A DNA stretch of 64,000 bases from Deltaproteobacteria bacterium (GTDB taxonomy: Bacteria > Myxococcota_A > UBA9160 > SMWR01): contig JAQBGU010000063.1 of assembly GCA_032128375.1 (NCBI GenBank), positions 23,382 to 87,381 on the forward strand, given 5' to 3'. A program made the translations under genes and the position numbers. The first letter of the stretch is position 1; each line of letters opens with the position of its first letter. The notes below the pieces were generated by a model. That model was not told where the DNA came from and did no database searches. It saw only the letters and a program-made list of their open reading frames with translations. Below, piece by piece: positions 1 through 8,788 of the stretch.

Positions 1-943
1 AGTACGAATCTTCATTCACGAAGCGCCGTCCCTGGCCATCGACCAACACGCCCTTCAGGTGTGAAGCGGGCGGGTAGTAGGCATTGAGGACGAGGCCTTC
101 GTTCATGTTGATCGCCTCCGCCCCGACGCTCAGCCCCATGTTGATCCCCGATCCGTCGTCGGCCTCTGTGCCCACCTTGTAGTTGCACTGGAGCAGCTGC
201 GGTGCGTGCTTCGCCAGCATCTCCCTGTTGAAGACGAAACCGCCGGTTGCGAGGATGACACCGCGCCGAGCCTTTACGAAGAACGGCTCGCGCTCACGCA
301 GGGCCGACACGCCGACCACGCGTCCCGCGTCGTCGACGACGAGCCGCTCGACGCGACACTCGTTGAGGACGCTGGCGCCAGCATCCAGCGTGCCCTGGAG
401 AATCGCCTCCATCAGGAAGCCGCCGGCCTCTCCCTCGCGGGCGGGCTTGTGACCGCGTGGCACCGGGCGCGCTTCCTCGCGGTGGGGCCAGGCCTCTTCA
501 TTGCCGCTGTAAGTGAGACAGTCATCGGTGAAGGGGTGGGTGGTCTTTTCTTCGAGGAAGGTTTCGTTGTAGTCGACGCCGAGTTCGCGAAACCAATCGA
601 AGTGTTCGAGGCTACCCTCGCAATACAGCCGAACCCGCTCCGGGTCGGCGTGCTCCCCGGCCGCCAGAGTAACGAACGCCTTCATGTGTTCGACCGAGTC
701 CTCGAACCCGCAGGCGCGCTGGATGTCGGTTCCACCACCGAAGTAGGTAATGCCTGTCGAAAGCGCGGTGGCGCCACCTCCGCGGGTCATCCGCTCTAAC
801 ACCACCGTGTCGGCACCCGCTCGCGCCGCTTCGATGGCCGCAGCACCTCCCGCGACGCCCTGCCCGACAACGACGACATCGTGCTCCGCATTCCAGCAAG
901 CGACCTGCCGAAGAGGCAGCGGTCGCGTGATGGCATCACTCAC
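1..943 (-). CDS. FAD-binding oxidoreductase, 3-ketosteroid dehydrogenase / fumarate reductase flavoprotein family (3'-partial, runs off the window)
   Basis: Not in the ORF track because there is no stop in the window. Manual translation from GTG 943: MSDAITRPLPLRQVACWNAEHDVVVVGQGVAGGAAAIEAARAGADTVVLERMTRGGGATALSTG...PRGH...GVILATGGF...DDGSGINMG...GRRFVNED. Has the Rossmann glycine motif and FAD_binding_2 motifs. Confidence 0.8.
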   Translation of the reverse strand, partial: MSDAITRPLPLRQVACWNAEHDVVVVGQGVAGGAAAIEAARAGADTVVLERMTRGGGATALSTGITYFGGGTDIQRACGFEDSVEHMKAFVTLAAGEHADPERVRLYCEGSLEHFDWFRELGVDYNETFLEEKTTHPFTDDCLTYSGNEEAWPHREEARPVPRGHKPAREGEAGGFLMEAILQGTLDAGASVLNECRVERLVVDDAGRVVGVSALREREPFFVKARRGVILATGGFVFNREMLAKHAPQLLQCNYKVGTEADDGSGINMGLSVGAEAINMNEGLVLNAYYPPASHLKGVLVDGQGRRFVNEDSY

Positions 944-1231
944 TGGGCTGCTTCTTCAAAGGCCTCGCAGGCGCAGCAGAGCGAAAACGGCACTCGTCGA
1001 CCTTCAGCATTCCAACTCCTCCGCCCACCGGTCTGATGCTGACGGCCCTTTGAAATTCAGAGCCCGAGACTCGGCACCGGGGTCCGGGATACCGGTCGAA
1101 GCGTAGATCCTTCGAAAACCGGTTGCGATCTCGACAAGGTATTCCGCAGAGAAACTGCACCGCGGAGCCGGCAGCGACGCCGTCTGTAACCATTCGCCAA
1201 ACTGGCATTCCGTTCGCCGGACTGACATGCT

Positions 1232-1939
1232 GTGTCTTTCGAAAACCGCAAACCGCGTTCCGCCGACACGACACCCAAGGAGCGGAATCGTGAAGACCGT
1301 GGAGTCAACCCACTGACCGCGCTACCTGTTTCGCCGGTTCGCCACCAAATCGCCTGCCCCGCCTGCGATCTCCTGCTCACGCTCACGCCCCTCGAGGACG
1401 GCGAGCGCGCCGACTGTCCGCGCTGCGGCCACTCGCTGACAGCGCGGGTACCGGCGGCGCTCGATCGGACGCTGGCATTTGCGATCGCCGCGGCGGTCTT
1501 TCTCGTCATGGCCAATATGTTCCCATTCCTCGCGTTGAAGCAGAGCGGTCTCGAGAACGTGATGACGCTACCCGAAGCTACGCTGCAGCTCTCGCGTGAC
1601 GGTTTCACAACGCTCGCCACGATCTTCGTCGCCATGACTGTAGTCATCCCCGCCGTTCTGCTCGCGGTCATGGTTTCGTTGCTCGTACCGCTGCGGCAAA
1701 GCAGTGGTGGTCGCTGGCTCGTCCATGGCGCTCGCTGGCTGTATCGGATGAGTCCGTGGAGCATGGCCGAGGTCTTCATTATCGGCGTGATCGTGAGCCT
1801 GGTGAAGATCGCCGCCATGGCGACGGTTCTACTCGGGATCTCATTTTGGTCCTATGCTGCGTTCACCGTCTGCCTGACGGCCGCGCTGTCGAGCCTCGAT
1901 CGCGAACAGCTTTGGAGCACGATCGAGAGCGCCCAATGA
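1232..1939 (+). CDS. pqiA: Paraquat-inducible protein A family membrane protein (first half-type)
   Basis: CPACDLL...CPRCG zinc motif, ANMFPFL, WSMAEVFIIGVIVSLVK. Start uncertain. Confidence 0.9.
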   Translation: MSFENRKPRSADTTPKERNREDRGVNPLTALPVSPVRHQIACPACDLLLTLTPLEDGERADCPRCGHSLTARVPAALDRTLAFAIAAAVFLVMANMFPFLALKQSGLENVMTLPEATLQLSRDGFTTLATIFVAMTVVIPAVLLAVMVSLLVPLRQSSGGRWLVHGARWLYRMSPWSMAEVFIIGVIVSLVKIAAMATVLLGISFWSYAAFTVCLTAALSSLDREQLWSTIESAQ

Positions 1940-2559
1940 CGGAATACCCCGCAAATTCTGCCGCGAGCCGCGGGTTGGCTACTTGTCATCTGTGCCTCAA
2001 GCTCGCGCCCGTCGCGCTACACGCGTGTCCGCGCTGTGGCAGCGCGCTGCATTTGCGCAAACCGCACAGCCTGGAGCGTGTCGTGGCTCTGCTCATCACC
2101 GCCGTTGTCTGTTACATCCCCGCCAATATCCTACCCATCATGGTCACGAACCAACTCGGGTCTGCGGAAGCCAGCACGATTCTGGGCGGCGTGGTGCTGC
2201 TGTGGCACCACGGTTCGTACCCGATCGCCGCGGTGATCTTTATCGCGAGTGTGTTCGTGCCGCTCGCAAAGATGCTGATCTTGGCCTGGTTGGTCTGGAG
2301 CGTCGCGCGCCGGCAAGGCACCAGCGCCCGCGAGCGAACCGTGCTGTTCCGCGTGACGGAGTTCATGGGTCGCTGGTCGATGGTCGACGTCTTCGTGGTA
2401 GCCATTCTGGTGGCGCTGATCCAACTGGGCGGCATCCTCGTGATCAAACCCGCGGCAGCGGCGCTGGCCTTTGCGGTGTTGGTGATCGTCACGATTCTGG
2501 CGGCCGAGAGTTTCGACTCGCGACTGATGTGGGACCATGTGGGAGACGCTGATGGCTGA
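1936..2559 (+). CDS. pqiA: Paraquat-inducible protein A family membrane protein (second half-type)
   Basis: CHLC...CPRCG, YIPANILPIM, STILGGV, GRWSMVDVFVVAILVAL, FDSRLMWD. ATGA overlap with the upstream stop. Confidence 0.92.
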   Translation: MTEYPANSAASRGLATCHLCLKLAPVALHACPRCGSALHLRKPHSLERVVALLITAVVCYIPANILPIMVTNQLGSAEASTILGGVVLLWHHGSYPIAAVIFIASVFVPLAKMLILAWLVWSVARRQGTSARERTVLFRVTEFMGRWSMVDVFVVAILVALIQLGGILVIKPAAAALAFAVLVIVTILAAESFDSRLMWDHVGDADG

Positions 2560-4168
2560 CGCCGAAGCCGTCGTCCGAAAGAGACGCCGACTGTCTGCGA
2601 TCTGGTTCGTTCCTGCGATCGCGGTCGCTCTGGGCCTTTGGATGGTCGTCTACACGTATCTGAGCGAAGGCCCAAGAGTGACGATCGAATTCGTGACAGC
2701 CGAAGGCATCGAGGCTGGCAAGACGAAAATCAAGGCTCGCAGCGTGGAGATCGGGCTCGTCGAAAGTGTCGCGCTGTCGGAGGACATGAGCCACGTCATC
2801 GTCGTCGCGCAACTCCAAAACTTCGCCGAGCCGCTGCTGAATGAAGAAACGAACTTCTGGGTCGTGCGCGCGCGTGTGGGTGCGGGTGGGGTTTCGGGCC
2901 TGGGCACCATTCTTTCAGGGGGCTACATCGAACTCGCGCCCGGCCAAGGCGCCGCGCACAGGCGAGATTTCGTGGGGCTCGAAAACGTTCCGGTGACACC
3001 GGCTGGAACGCCCGGCGTGAAGATCACCGTCGTGAGTTCGCGCGCAGGTTCCCTCAACGTCGGGGACCCGGTAATCTACAAGGGCTTCACCGTCGGGCGG
3101 GTCGAGAGCGACGAGTTCGACGTGGAGACGGAGACCGTCCGCAACGACGTCTTCATCAACGCCCCGTACAACGACCTCGTGACAACGAACACCCGCTTCT
3201 GGAACGCGTCGGGGATCTCCTTTAGCGCCACCACCGAGGGGATCAAGGTGAGCTTGGGTTCGCTCGAGAGTCTGGTGATTGGGGGGCTGAGTTTTGGACT
3301 TCCAGAGGACCTGGAGCCCGGTGAGCGGAAGATCGAAGGAACGCTGTTCAAGCTCTACGCCAGTGAGGAGGAAGCCAACGAGAGCCCGAACCGCCACTAC
3401 GCGGAGTACGTAGTCTCCTTCACGCAATCGGTGCTCGGGCTGAACAAGGGCGCACCCGTGCGGTACCGCGGAATCCGCGTCGGTACCGTTCAGCGCATCA
3501 TGATCGACGAGATCCTCGACCCCGAGGGGGGGGAAAGGGGCCGTCCGATTCCCGTGCTCATCCGCGTCGAACCGGGCCGGTTCGGGCTCGGCGACACGCC
3601 AGCCGGCGTCGGGCGAATCGTCGAAGTGGTGGAAACGGCGGTCGGACACGGTTTCCGGGCGACACTCGAGAGCGGGAACCTGCTGACGGGAAACCTGTAC
3701 GTCGGACTCGATTTCCACCCCGAGGAGGCGGCCGCCGGCATCGGCGAATTTGCGGGCCGTCCCACGCTTCCGACGATCCCAGGCGGGCTCGCGCAGATCG
3801 AGCAGAAGGTCGCCAAGTTGCTGGACAAGCTCAACGCAATCCCGCTCGAGCCGACCGTAGCCTCGGCTGACCGTACACTGCGGGAGGTCGAGCGCACGTT
3901 GTCCGCGCTGCGCACGTTGCTCGCAAGTGATGCTACGCAACAGCTTCCCGCGTCGATCGACGCAGCCATCGAACAGTTGCGGGTTGTGCTACAGGGCTTT
4001 TCGATGGAGTCCCCGCTGTATGAGGACCTGAGCCGCGCAGTCAACGAACTGAACAGCACGCTTCAGGGCGTGAATGATTTGTCGCGCACCCTCGACCAGC
4101 GGCCGAGTAGCTTGATCTTCTCGCGCGATCGGCCGAACGATCCGCAACCGACAGCAGGCAAACCATGA
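2552..4168 (+). CDS. pqiB: Intermembrane transport protein PqiB (multi-MCE domain)
   Basis: SAIWFVP, GIEAGKTKIK, FWVVRARVGAGGVSGLGTILSGGYI, three MCE-like repeats and a C-terminal coiled coil ending PSSLIF. Confidence 0.95.
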   Translation: MADAEAVVRKRRRLSAIWFVPAIAVALGLWMVVYTYLSEGPRVTIEFVTAEGIEAGKTKIKARSVEIGLVESVALSEDMSHVIVVAQLQNFAEPLLNEETNFWVVRARVGAGGVSGLGTILSGGYIELAPGQGAAHRRDFVGLENVPVTPAGTPGVKITVVSSRAGSLNVGDPVIYKGFTVGRVESDEFDVETETVRNDVFINAPYNDLVTTNTRFWNASGISFSATTEGIKVSLGSLESLVIGGLSFGLPEDLEPGERKIEGTLFKLYASEEEANESPNRHYAEYVVSFTQSVLGLNKGAPVRYRGIRVGTVQRIMIDEILDPEGGERGRPIPVLIRVEPGRFGLGDTPAGVGRIVEVVETAVGHGFRATLESGNLLTGNLYVGLDFHPEEAAAGIGEFAGRPTLPTIPGGLAQIEQKVAKLLDKLNAIPLEPTVASADRTLREVERTLSALRTLLASDATQQLPASIDAAIEQLRVVLQGFSMESPLYEDLSRAVNELNSTLQGVNDLSRTLDQRPSSLIFSRDRPNDPQPTAGKP

Positions 4169-4776
4169 CGAAGACCCTGTTGCTGCTCCTCGTGACGATT
4201 GCGGCCGGTTGTGCGAGCCCGCCGCAGGAGACCACGCGCTACTTGCTGCGTTCGGAGAGTTCCACTCGAGCTGGGGTGATACCGGACGCAAACCTCGTCG
4301 GGATCGCCCAGGTGCGCGTCGCGACGTATCTCGATCAGCCGGGCATGATCGTCGAGACGGCCCCGCGCGAGGTGCATTCCGCACGCCTCAACATCTGGGC
4401 GGAGCCGCTCAGCGAAGGCGTACGCCACTACCTGCGCTCGGCCCTGTCCCGGGATCTCGGCTATCAAGTGAGCGATGAGAACGCGAGCCGCAACCAGTGG
4501 TCGTACGAGGTGCAGGTGGAAATCAACGAGTTCCACGGAACCCTCTCGGGCGAGGCGCGGCTCGTGGCCGCCTGGAGCATCGTGACCTCAGCGTCCTCCG
4601 AACCGGTCCGAGGGTTGCACCACAGCGACAGCGAAACCCTTTCGGAGCCTGGCTACGCTGGCCTCGTCGACGCGCAGACCCGACTGCTCGATCGCCTCGC
4701 CGCCCGAATCGCCGGCGCGCTGAGAGAACTCCAGGCCCATCGCGAGCTATCCGGGATCGACGACTCCATCGATTGA
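4165..4776 (+). CDS. pqiC: PqiC family lipoprotein
   Basis: Lipobox AAGC, YLDQPGMIV, WAEPL. ATGA overlap with pqiB. Confidence 0.9.
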   Translation: MTKTLLLLLVTIAAGCASPPQETTRYLLRSESSTRAGVIPDANLVGIAQVRVATYLDQPGMIVETAPREVHSARLNIWAEPLSEGVRHYLRSALSRDLGYQVSDENASRNQWSYEVQVEINEFHGTLSGEARLVAAWSIVTSASSEPVRGLHHSDSETLSEPGYAGLVDAQTRLLDRLAARIAGALRELQAHRELSGIDDSID

Positions 4777-4807
4777 TCGACTCACCTCGGGTCAGCCGAT
4801 CGCCTAC

Positions 4808-4874
4808 GAGCCCGACCCCAGATGGGTCGGGCGACGACGTGGAAGCTTGCGCCGCGCAGCGGCGAACGCGCAAC
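4808..4874. repeat. Structured intergenic repeat (REP-like), copy 1
   Basis: Hairpin GCCCGACCC-CAGAT-GGGTCGGGC followed by CGCCGC-GCA-GCGGCG. Near-identical copy at 11303-11369. Confidence 0.85.
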
Positions 4875-6167
4875 TAGCCGCGCAGCATTCGTCGCTGTTC
4901 GAACTGGAATGCGGCGCCACGGCTGATCTTCGCGAGTTTCAGTTCCTGCGGCACGGATTGGGGATCGGCGGCACGATTGATGACGATATCCCATGCGAAT
5001 CGCGCGCCACGCGGATCGCTCACCGGATGGCATCTCGCATAGGGGTTCACCGCTCCCGCGATTGCGTCGAGGGCGGGATGGACGGCCTGCGACAGCCCCG
5101 CGAACCAGCTGTGGGGAGTCGCGTTCTTCGAAGGCGGAGCAATCGCCAATTGCTATGCGTGCGGTCTGTGGTCCAGTCACCTCGACTCGAAAATTCACAT
5201 AACCGCGCGGATGGAAGCACGGATGCATCTGGAAAACCTTCGCGATCGCGTCGATATCGTCGCCGACGATTCCAAGAGGCGCGCGAAGGCGTTCCGCAGT
5301 CAGCGCTGCGACGCCCGTCCACTGGGCCGCACCGAGTTCGCTCGCGACGCCTGCCCCCGCTCGCTGATCCGCGCAAAGCATGAATGCGCGAGCGAGCAGA
5401 TGGCTCTGCACCGCAGCCTCCTGCGCAACCACGACAAGAGCGCGGTGGGATAGGTCTTCGAGTTGGAATCCGGGATCAAACGCTCCTGAGTAGTCAGCCC
5501 AGCCGCCCGGCTCGCCATCTGCTTTCGGAACCTGGACCTGCGTCTGTGCAATCTTTGCGCCCGCTACGATCTCGAGATTCGGGTGCTGTTCGTAGGGCTC
5601 TGCTTCTGCATCGATGAACACCTTCCAACGACACGCTGGATAGCGACCGGCGGGGTCGCGTGGCGGACGGTGGATCGCACGCATCTTCATGCAGGGATGG
5701 GCGGCCGCGGCCGTCGCGTCGAAGGTCGGGTCCTCGATGTCGTGACACATCGCCTTGACCCGATCCTCACCGAACGGCTCCACATCCAGCAGGGCCCCGC
5801 AATGTGCGAGCCAGAATTCGCCATAGTCCGGTCGGTCGAGCCGAAACTGGAAATCCATGAACTGGTGCGGTGCACCAATGTCGAGCTGAAGATTCTTGAA
5901 GACCGTGCCGACCTCGCTTCCCTCGAAATTCAACGCGCGTTGCATCCGCTTCGAGTAGATCGGACTCGCCGCCATCCACTCCTCGATCGCAAACCGCACG
6001 TAGGCATCGCCACCACAGTGTTTCACAACGAGCGGCATGCCGACACGATCCTGGAGATGGCCGTTCAGCAGGTACTCGCGGCCGAGATGTGCGAGTGCCT
6101 GGCGCGAAAAATCGGCGAGTGTGGCGTCGGCATCGAAGGGTCCTGAATAGTCACGGCGCAGTGTCAT
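4874..6167 (-). CDS. Conserved hypothetical protein with internal tandem duplication; apparent +1 frameshift near 5113-5116
   Basis: Two repeats: DYSGPFDADATLADFSRQAL...H and DYSGAFDPGFQLEDLSHRAL...H. Removing one base of the GGGG run joins ...AFEERDS to HSWFAGLSQAVHPALDAIAGAVNP..., which ends at TAG 4874-4876. Confidence 0.75.
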
Positions 6168-6247
6168 GACCTCAAACCTCGGCTCGGAACCCGGACAGCC
6201 GGCTCAGCATCTCTTCCATCTCGTTGTGGGAAAACGCAGACATTCTG

Positions 6248-7912
6248 TTACTCCTGGCTCTCGAGGTTCGCTTCCCCAACGGCGATGGAAAGAGCTCGGC
6301 TCGGGCAATGGCGGACGGCGTTCTCCACACTTGCGCGCAGAGACGCGGCCGGGTTTTCGGACCGAACAACGACTTTGTTCTGCTTCTTGTCGATTCCAAA
6401 CACCTCGGGAGATTCGCTGACACAAACCGCGTGCCCCTGGCACAGATCGAGATCAACTAGGATGCGGAATGCGCCGGCGGCTTGCTCGGCGCCTGCCGCC
6501 GACTCTGCGGCGACCGCGGTCGCAGTCGCCGCCGGGCTTCGACGCCGATAGCGCGCCCGACACGGCTGGGCGAGTTGCACGACCATTTTCGAGTGATCGT
6601 TGCGGTAGCTGTCTGCCGGCTGCGTGAGTTCGAACTCGAACGCTCTGAGCAGATCGCTGAAGATCGCCTTCAGCTGCATCATCGCGAATGCCGACCCGAC
6701 GCAGCGATGGCGACCGGCGCCGAACGGAATCCACGCGAACGGCTGCCGATCCTCCTCGCGCCCATCCTCATAGCGGCTCGGATCGAAGCGGTCGGGCTCT
6801 GGGAAACACTCCGGCATCCGATTCGACACGGCGGGAGAAACCCCGACGAGCTTGCCCGCCGGCACCGTCCAACCCTTGTAGTGAAAGTCGTACATCACCT
6901 TCCGCATCAAAATGATCAGCGGCGGATGCAGCCGAAGCGCCTCCTGGATCGAGTGCTCGAGCTTCGGGATCTCGCGAAGCGCTTGATAGCTGACGTCTCG
7001 ACCATCCGCGTAGATCTCGTCGAGTTCACCGACCACGCAGCTCATCACGTCGGGATTTTTCAACAGCTCGATCAGCGTCCAAGCGGCCGTTCCCGATGTG
7101 GTGTGATGTCCGGCGAACATCATCGAAATGAACATCCCCGTGATCTGGTCGATCGTGTAGCGCGGCTCTCCGTTTTCGTCCTTGATGGTCAACAGAATGT
7201 CGAACAGCTCTCGACGAATACGGGGGTCCGCGCGCCGTTTCTCGAAAACACCGTCGAGCAGCTCTACCAGCTGGCGACGCGCCTTGTCCCGTGCCCAGAA
7301 TGCCGGGATGGGTAAGTTGGGATTCACGTAGGCGATCGCGTCGGTGCCCTTCTCGAGTTCGTAAAAGGTCTGGAAATACTCCGCTGTCAGCTCCTCGCGG
7401 AACTCCTTGCCAATCAAGCAAGCGCTCGAGGTGTATATCGTCAGCTCGGCGAAGAAGTCGAGCAGATCGATCTCTCCCTGGTCATCGAGCGTCGCGATCA
7501 TCCGCCGCACTTCCGACGCGATGGTCTCCGCGTGTGCCTGCATGAACTTCGCCGTCAACGACTGGTTGCGGAGCGCTTGTTTGCGTTGTTCCGGCGTGCC
7601 ATCGAACACGACGCCCTCGCCGAAGACAGGCGTCATGAACGGGTATGCGGCCGCCTGGTCGAGTTGCTCGTCCGTGCCGCGGAAGAACGCCTCTTGTGCT
7701 TCCTCGCCCATCATCATGACGACACGATTGCCGGCGAAGTTGATCTCGCCGATCTCGCCGAGTTCGTCGCGTACCCGTTGAAAGAGTTCGATTGGCTTTT
7801 TGCGGAGTTCGAGCAGATGGCCGAGCAGCGGCCATGCCCCCGACAGGACCGGCACGGGGCTGCCACCCCGATGTTCGCTTCTCACGGAATCGACTGCGAC
7901 CGCCGTACTCAT
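6248..7912 (-). CDS. cyp51: Cytochrome P450 CYP51 (sterol 14-alpha-demethylase-like) fused to a C-terminal [3Fe-4S] ferredoxin
   Basis: AYPFMTPVFGEGVVFD, MFAGHHTT I-helix, EALR, FGAGRHRCVG heme motif, YRNDHSKMVVQLAQPC. Then an Ala-rich linker and DLCQGHAVC...HCPSRALSI ferredoxin, all in one frame. Confidence 0.93.
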   Translation of the reverse strand: MSTAVAVDSVRSEHRGGSPVPVLSGAWPLLGHLLELRKKPIELFQRVRDELGEIGEINFAGNRVVMMMGEEAQEAFFRGTDEQLDQAAAYPFMTPVFGEGVVFDGTPEQRKQALRNQSLTAKFMQAHAETIASEVRRMIATLDDQGEIDLLDFFAELTIYTSSACLIGKEFREELTAEYFQTFYELEKGTDAIAYVNPNLPIPAFWARDKARRQLVELLDGVFEKRRADPRIRRELFDILLTIKDENGEPRYTIDQITGMFISMMFAGHHTTSGTAAWTLIELLKNPDVMSCVVGELDEIYADGRDVSYQALREIPKLEHSIQEALRLHPPLIILMRKVMYDFHYKGWTVPAGKLVGVSPAVSNRMPECFPEPDRFDPSRYEDGREEDRQPFAWIPFGAGRHRCVGSAFAMMQLKAIFSDLLRAFEFELTQPADSYRNDHSKMVVQLAQPCRARYRRRSPAATATAVAAESAAGAEQAAGAFRILVDLDLCQGHAVCVSESPEVFGIDKKQNKVVVRSENPAASLRASVENAVRHCPSRALSIAVGEANLESQE

Positions 7913-7955
7913 ATCGTGCCGCCCGCGGATCGAGCGAAATGCCGGTTTGGGCTGA

Positions 7956-8615
7956 TCATGATTCCTCCGTCTGTCGTCGCCGGCGAAGCTCGCGGGCAAG
8001 CGTTTCCTTCAGAAATCCCAGCTCCATTCGCCGCTGCGACGGAGTGGGTCCCTCCAGTTTTTTCATGGCTGCGAGACCCGACATGACCGAGATCGCGTAG
8101 TACTGGACGGCGATTGTTCTGCGCGGTGGCAAGCCCGCTTCGCCGAAAAAGCGAGCCCAGAGGTTTCCCCACACCTTGAGAGTCGCGTCCCGCAGCGGGT
8201 GATCTGGCGAAGACCAATCGACCGGCGGGATATTGAGCAGAATTTCGAACGTGCATCTGTATTGGTCACTTCCGAAATGCTTCCATGCCGCGTCGATGAA
8301 GAGAGCCACCCGCTCATCGAGTGACGTTTCGTCAACGGAAATGCCTGATAGTCCGGCCGCAAACTGGTTGAACGAGTCGACGAGAACCGCAGCCAGGATG
8401 CCGTCCTTGTCTCCAAAGTGGTGCTGGGCTGCCCCCCAGCTGACGCCGGACCGGCGGCTGATCTCCGCAGCTGTGGCTCGCTGAAAGCCGACCTGCATGA
8501 TGGCCTCGACGACCGCTGCCTTGATCAGACGCTGCGTCTCGGCCGTGCGTTCGGCGTGACTCCGCCTTTCCCGGTGGGGCTTGGGGATTTCCAGTTGCTC
8601 GCTCATGGCCTGCAT
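7956..8615 (-). CDS. TetR/AcrR family transcriptional regulator
   Basis: HTH GFQRATAAEISRRSGVSWGAAQHHFGDK. GGGAG upstream of ATG 8615 (alternative start 8606). Confidence 0.9.
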   Translation of the reverse strand: MQAMSEQLEIPKPHRERRSHAERTAETQRLIKAAVVEAIMQVGFQRATAAEISRRSGVSWGAAQHHFGDKDGILAAVLVDSFNQFAAGLSGISVDETSLDERVALFIDAAWKHFGSDQYRCTFEILLNIPPVDWSSPDHPLRDATLKVWGNLWARFFGEAGLPPRRTIAVQYYAISVMSGLAAMKKLEGPTPSQRRMELGFLKETLARELRRRRQTEES

Positions 8616-8684
8616 GATCTCCCTTGCCCGTCGAGTATGCACCCGTTGCGGGCTGAACATCCTGCTGCAGATTCCGCAGTAATA

Positions 8685-8714
8685 CAATTTGCAATTCAAT
8701 TGAATTATATATTG
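8685..8714. promoter_or_regulatory. Palindromic operator candidate in the divergent promoter region
   Basis: Perfect palindrome AATTCAATTGAATT (8693-8706) flanked by CAAT...ATTG, in an AT-rich island upstream of the TetR gene. Confidence 0.6.
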
Positions 8715-8788
8715 CCAACACCCGCTCCGCGATAGCCACGGGCGAGCTGCACGAACGTGCCGTTGTACACTGAGAATGGGAGCGAAGC

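Noticed and set aside
1203..1217. Sigma-54-like TGGCA...GC upstream of pqiA
   Set aside because: GG-N10-GC spacing fits, but the TTGC element is imperfect (TCGC); too weak to call.
1232..2559. Split pqiA as a sign of frameshift
   Set aside because: Two separate half-size pqiA genes with an ATGA overlap are a common natural arrangement.
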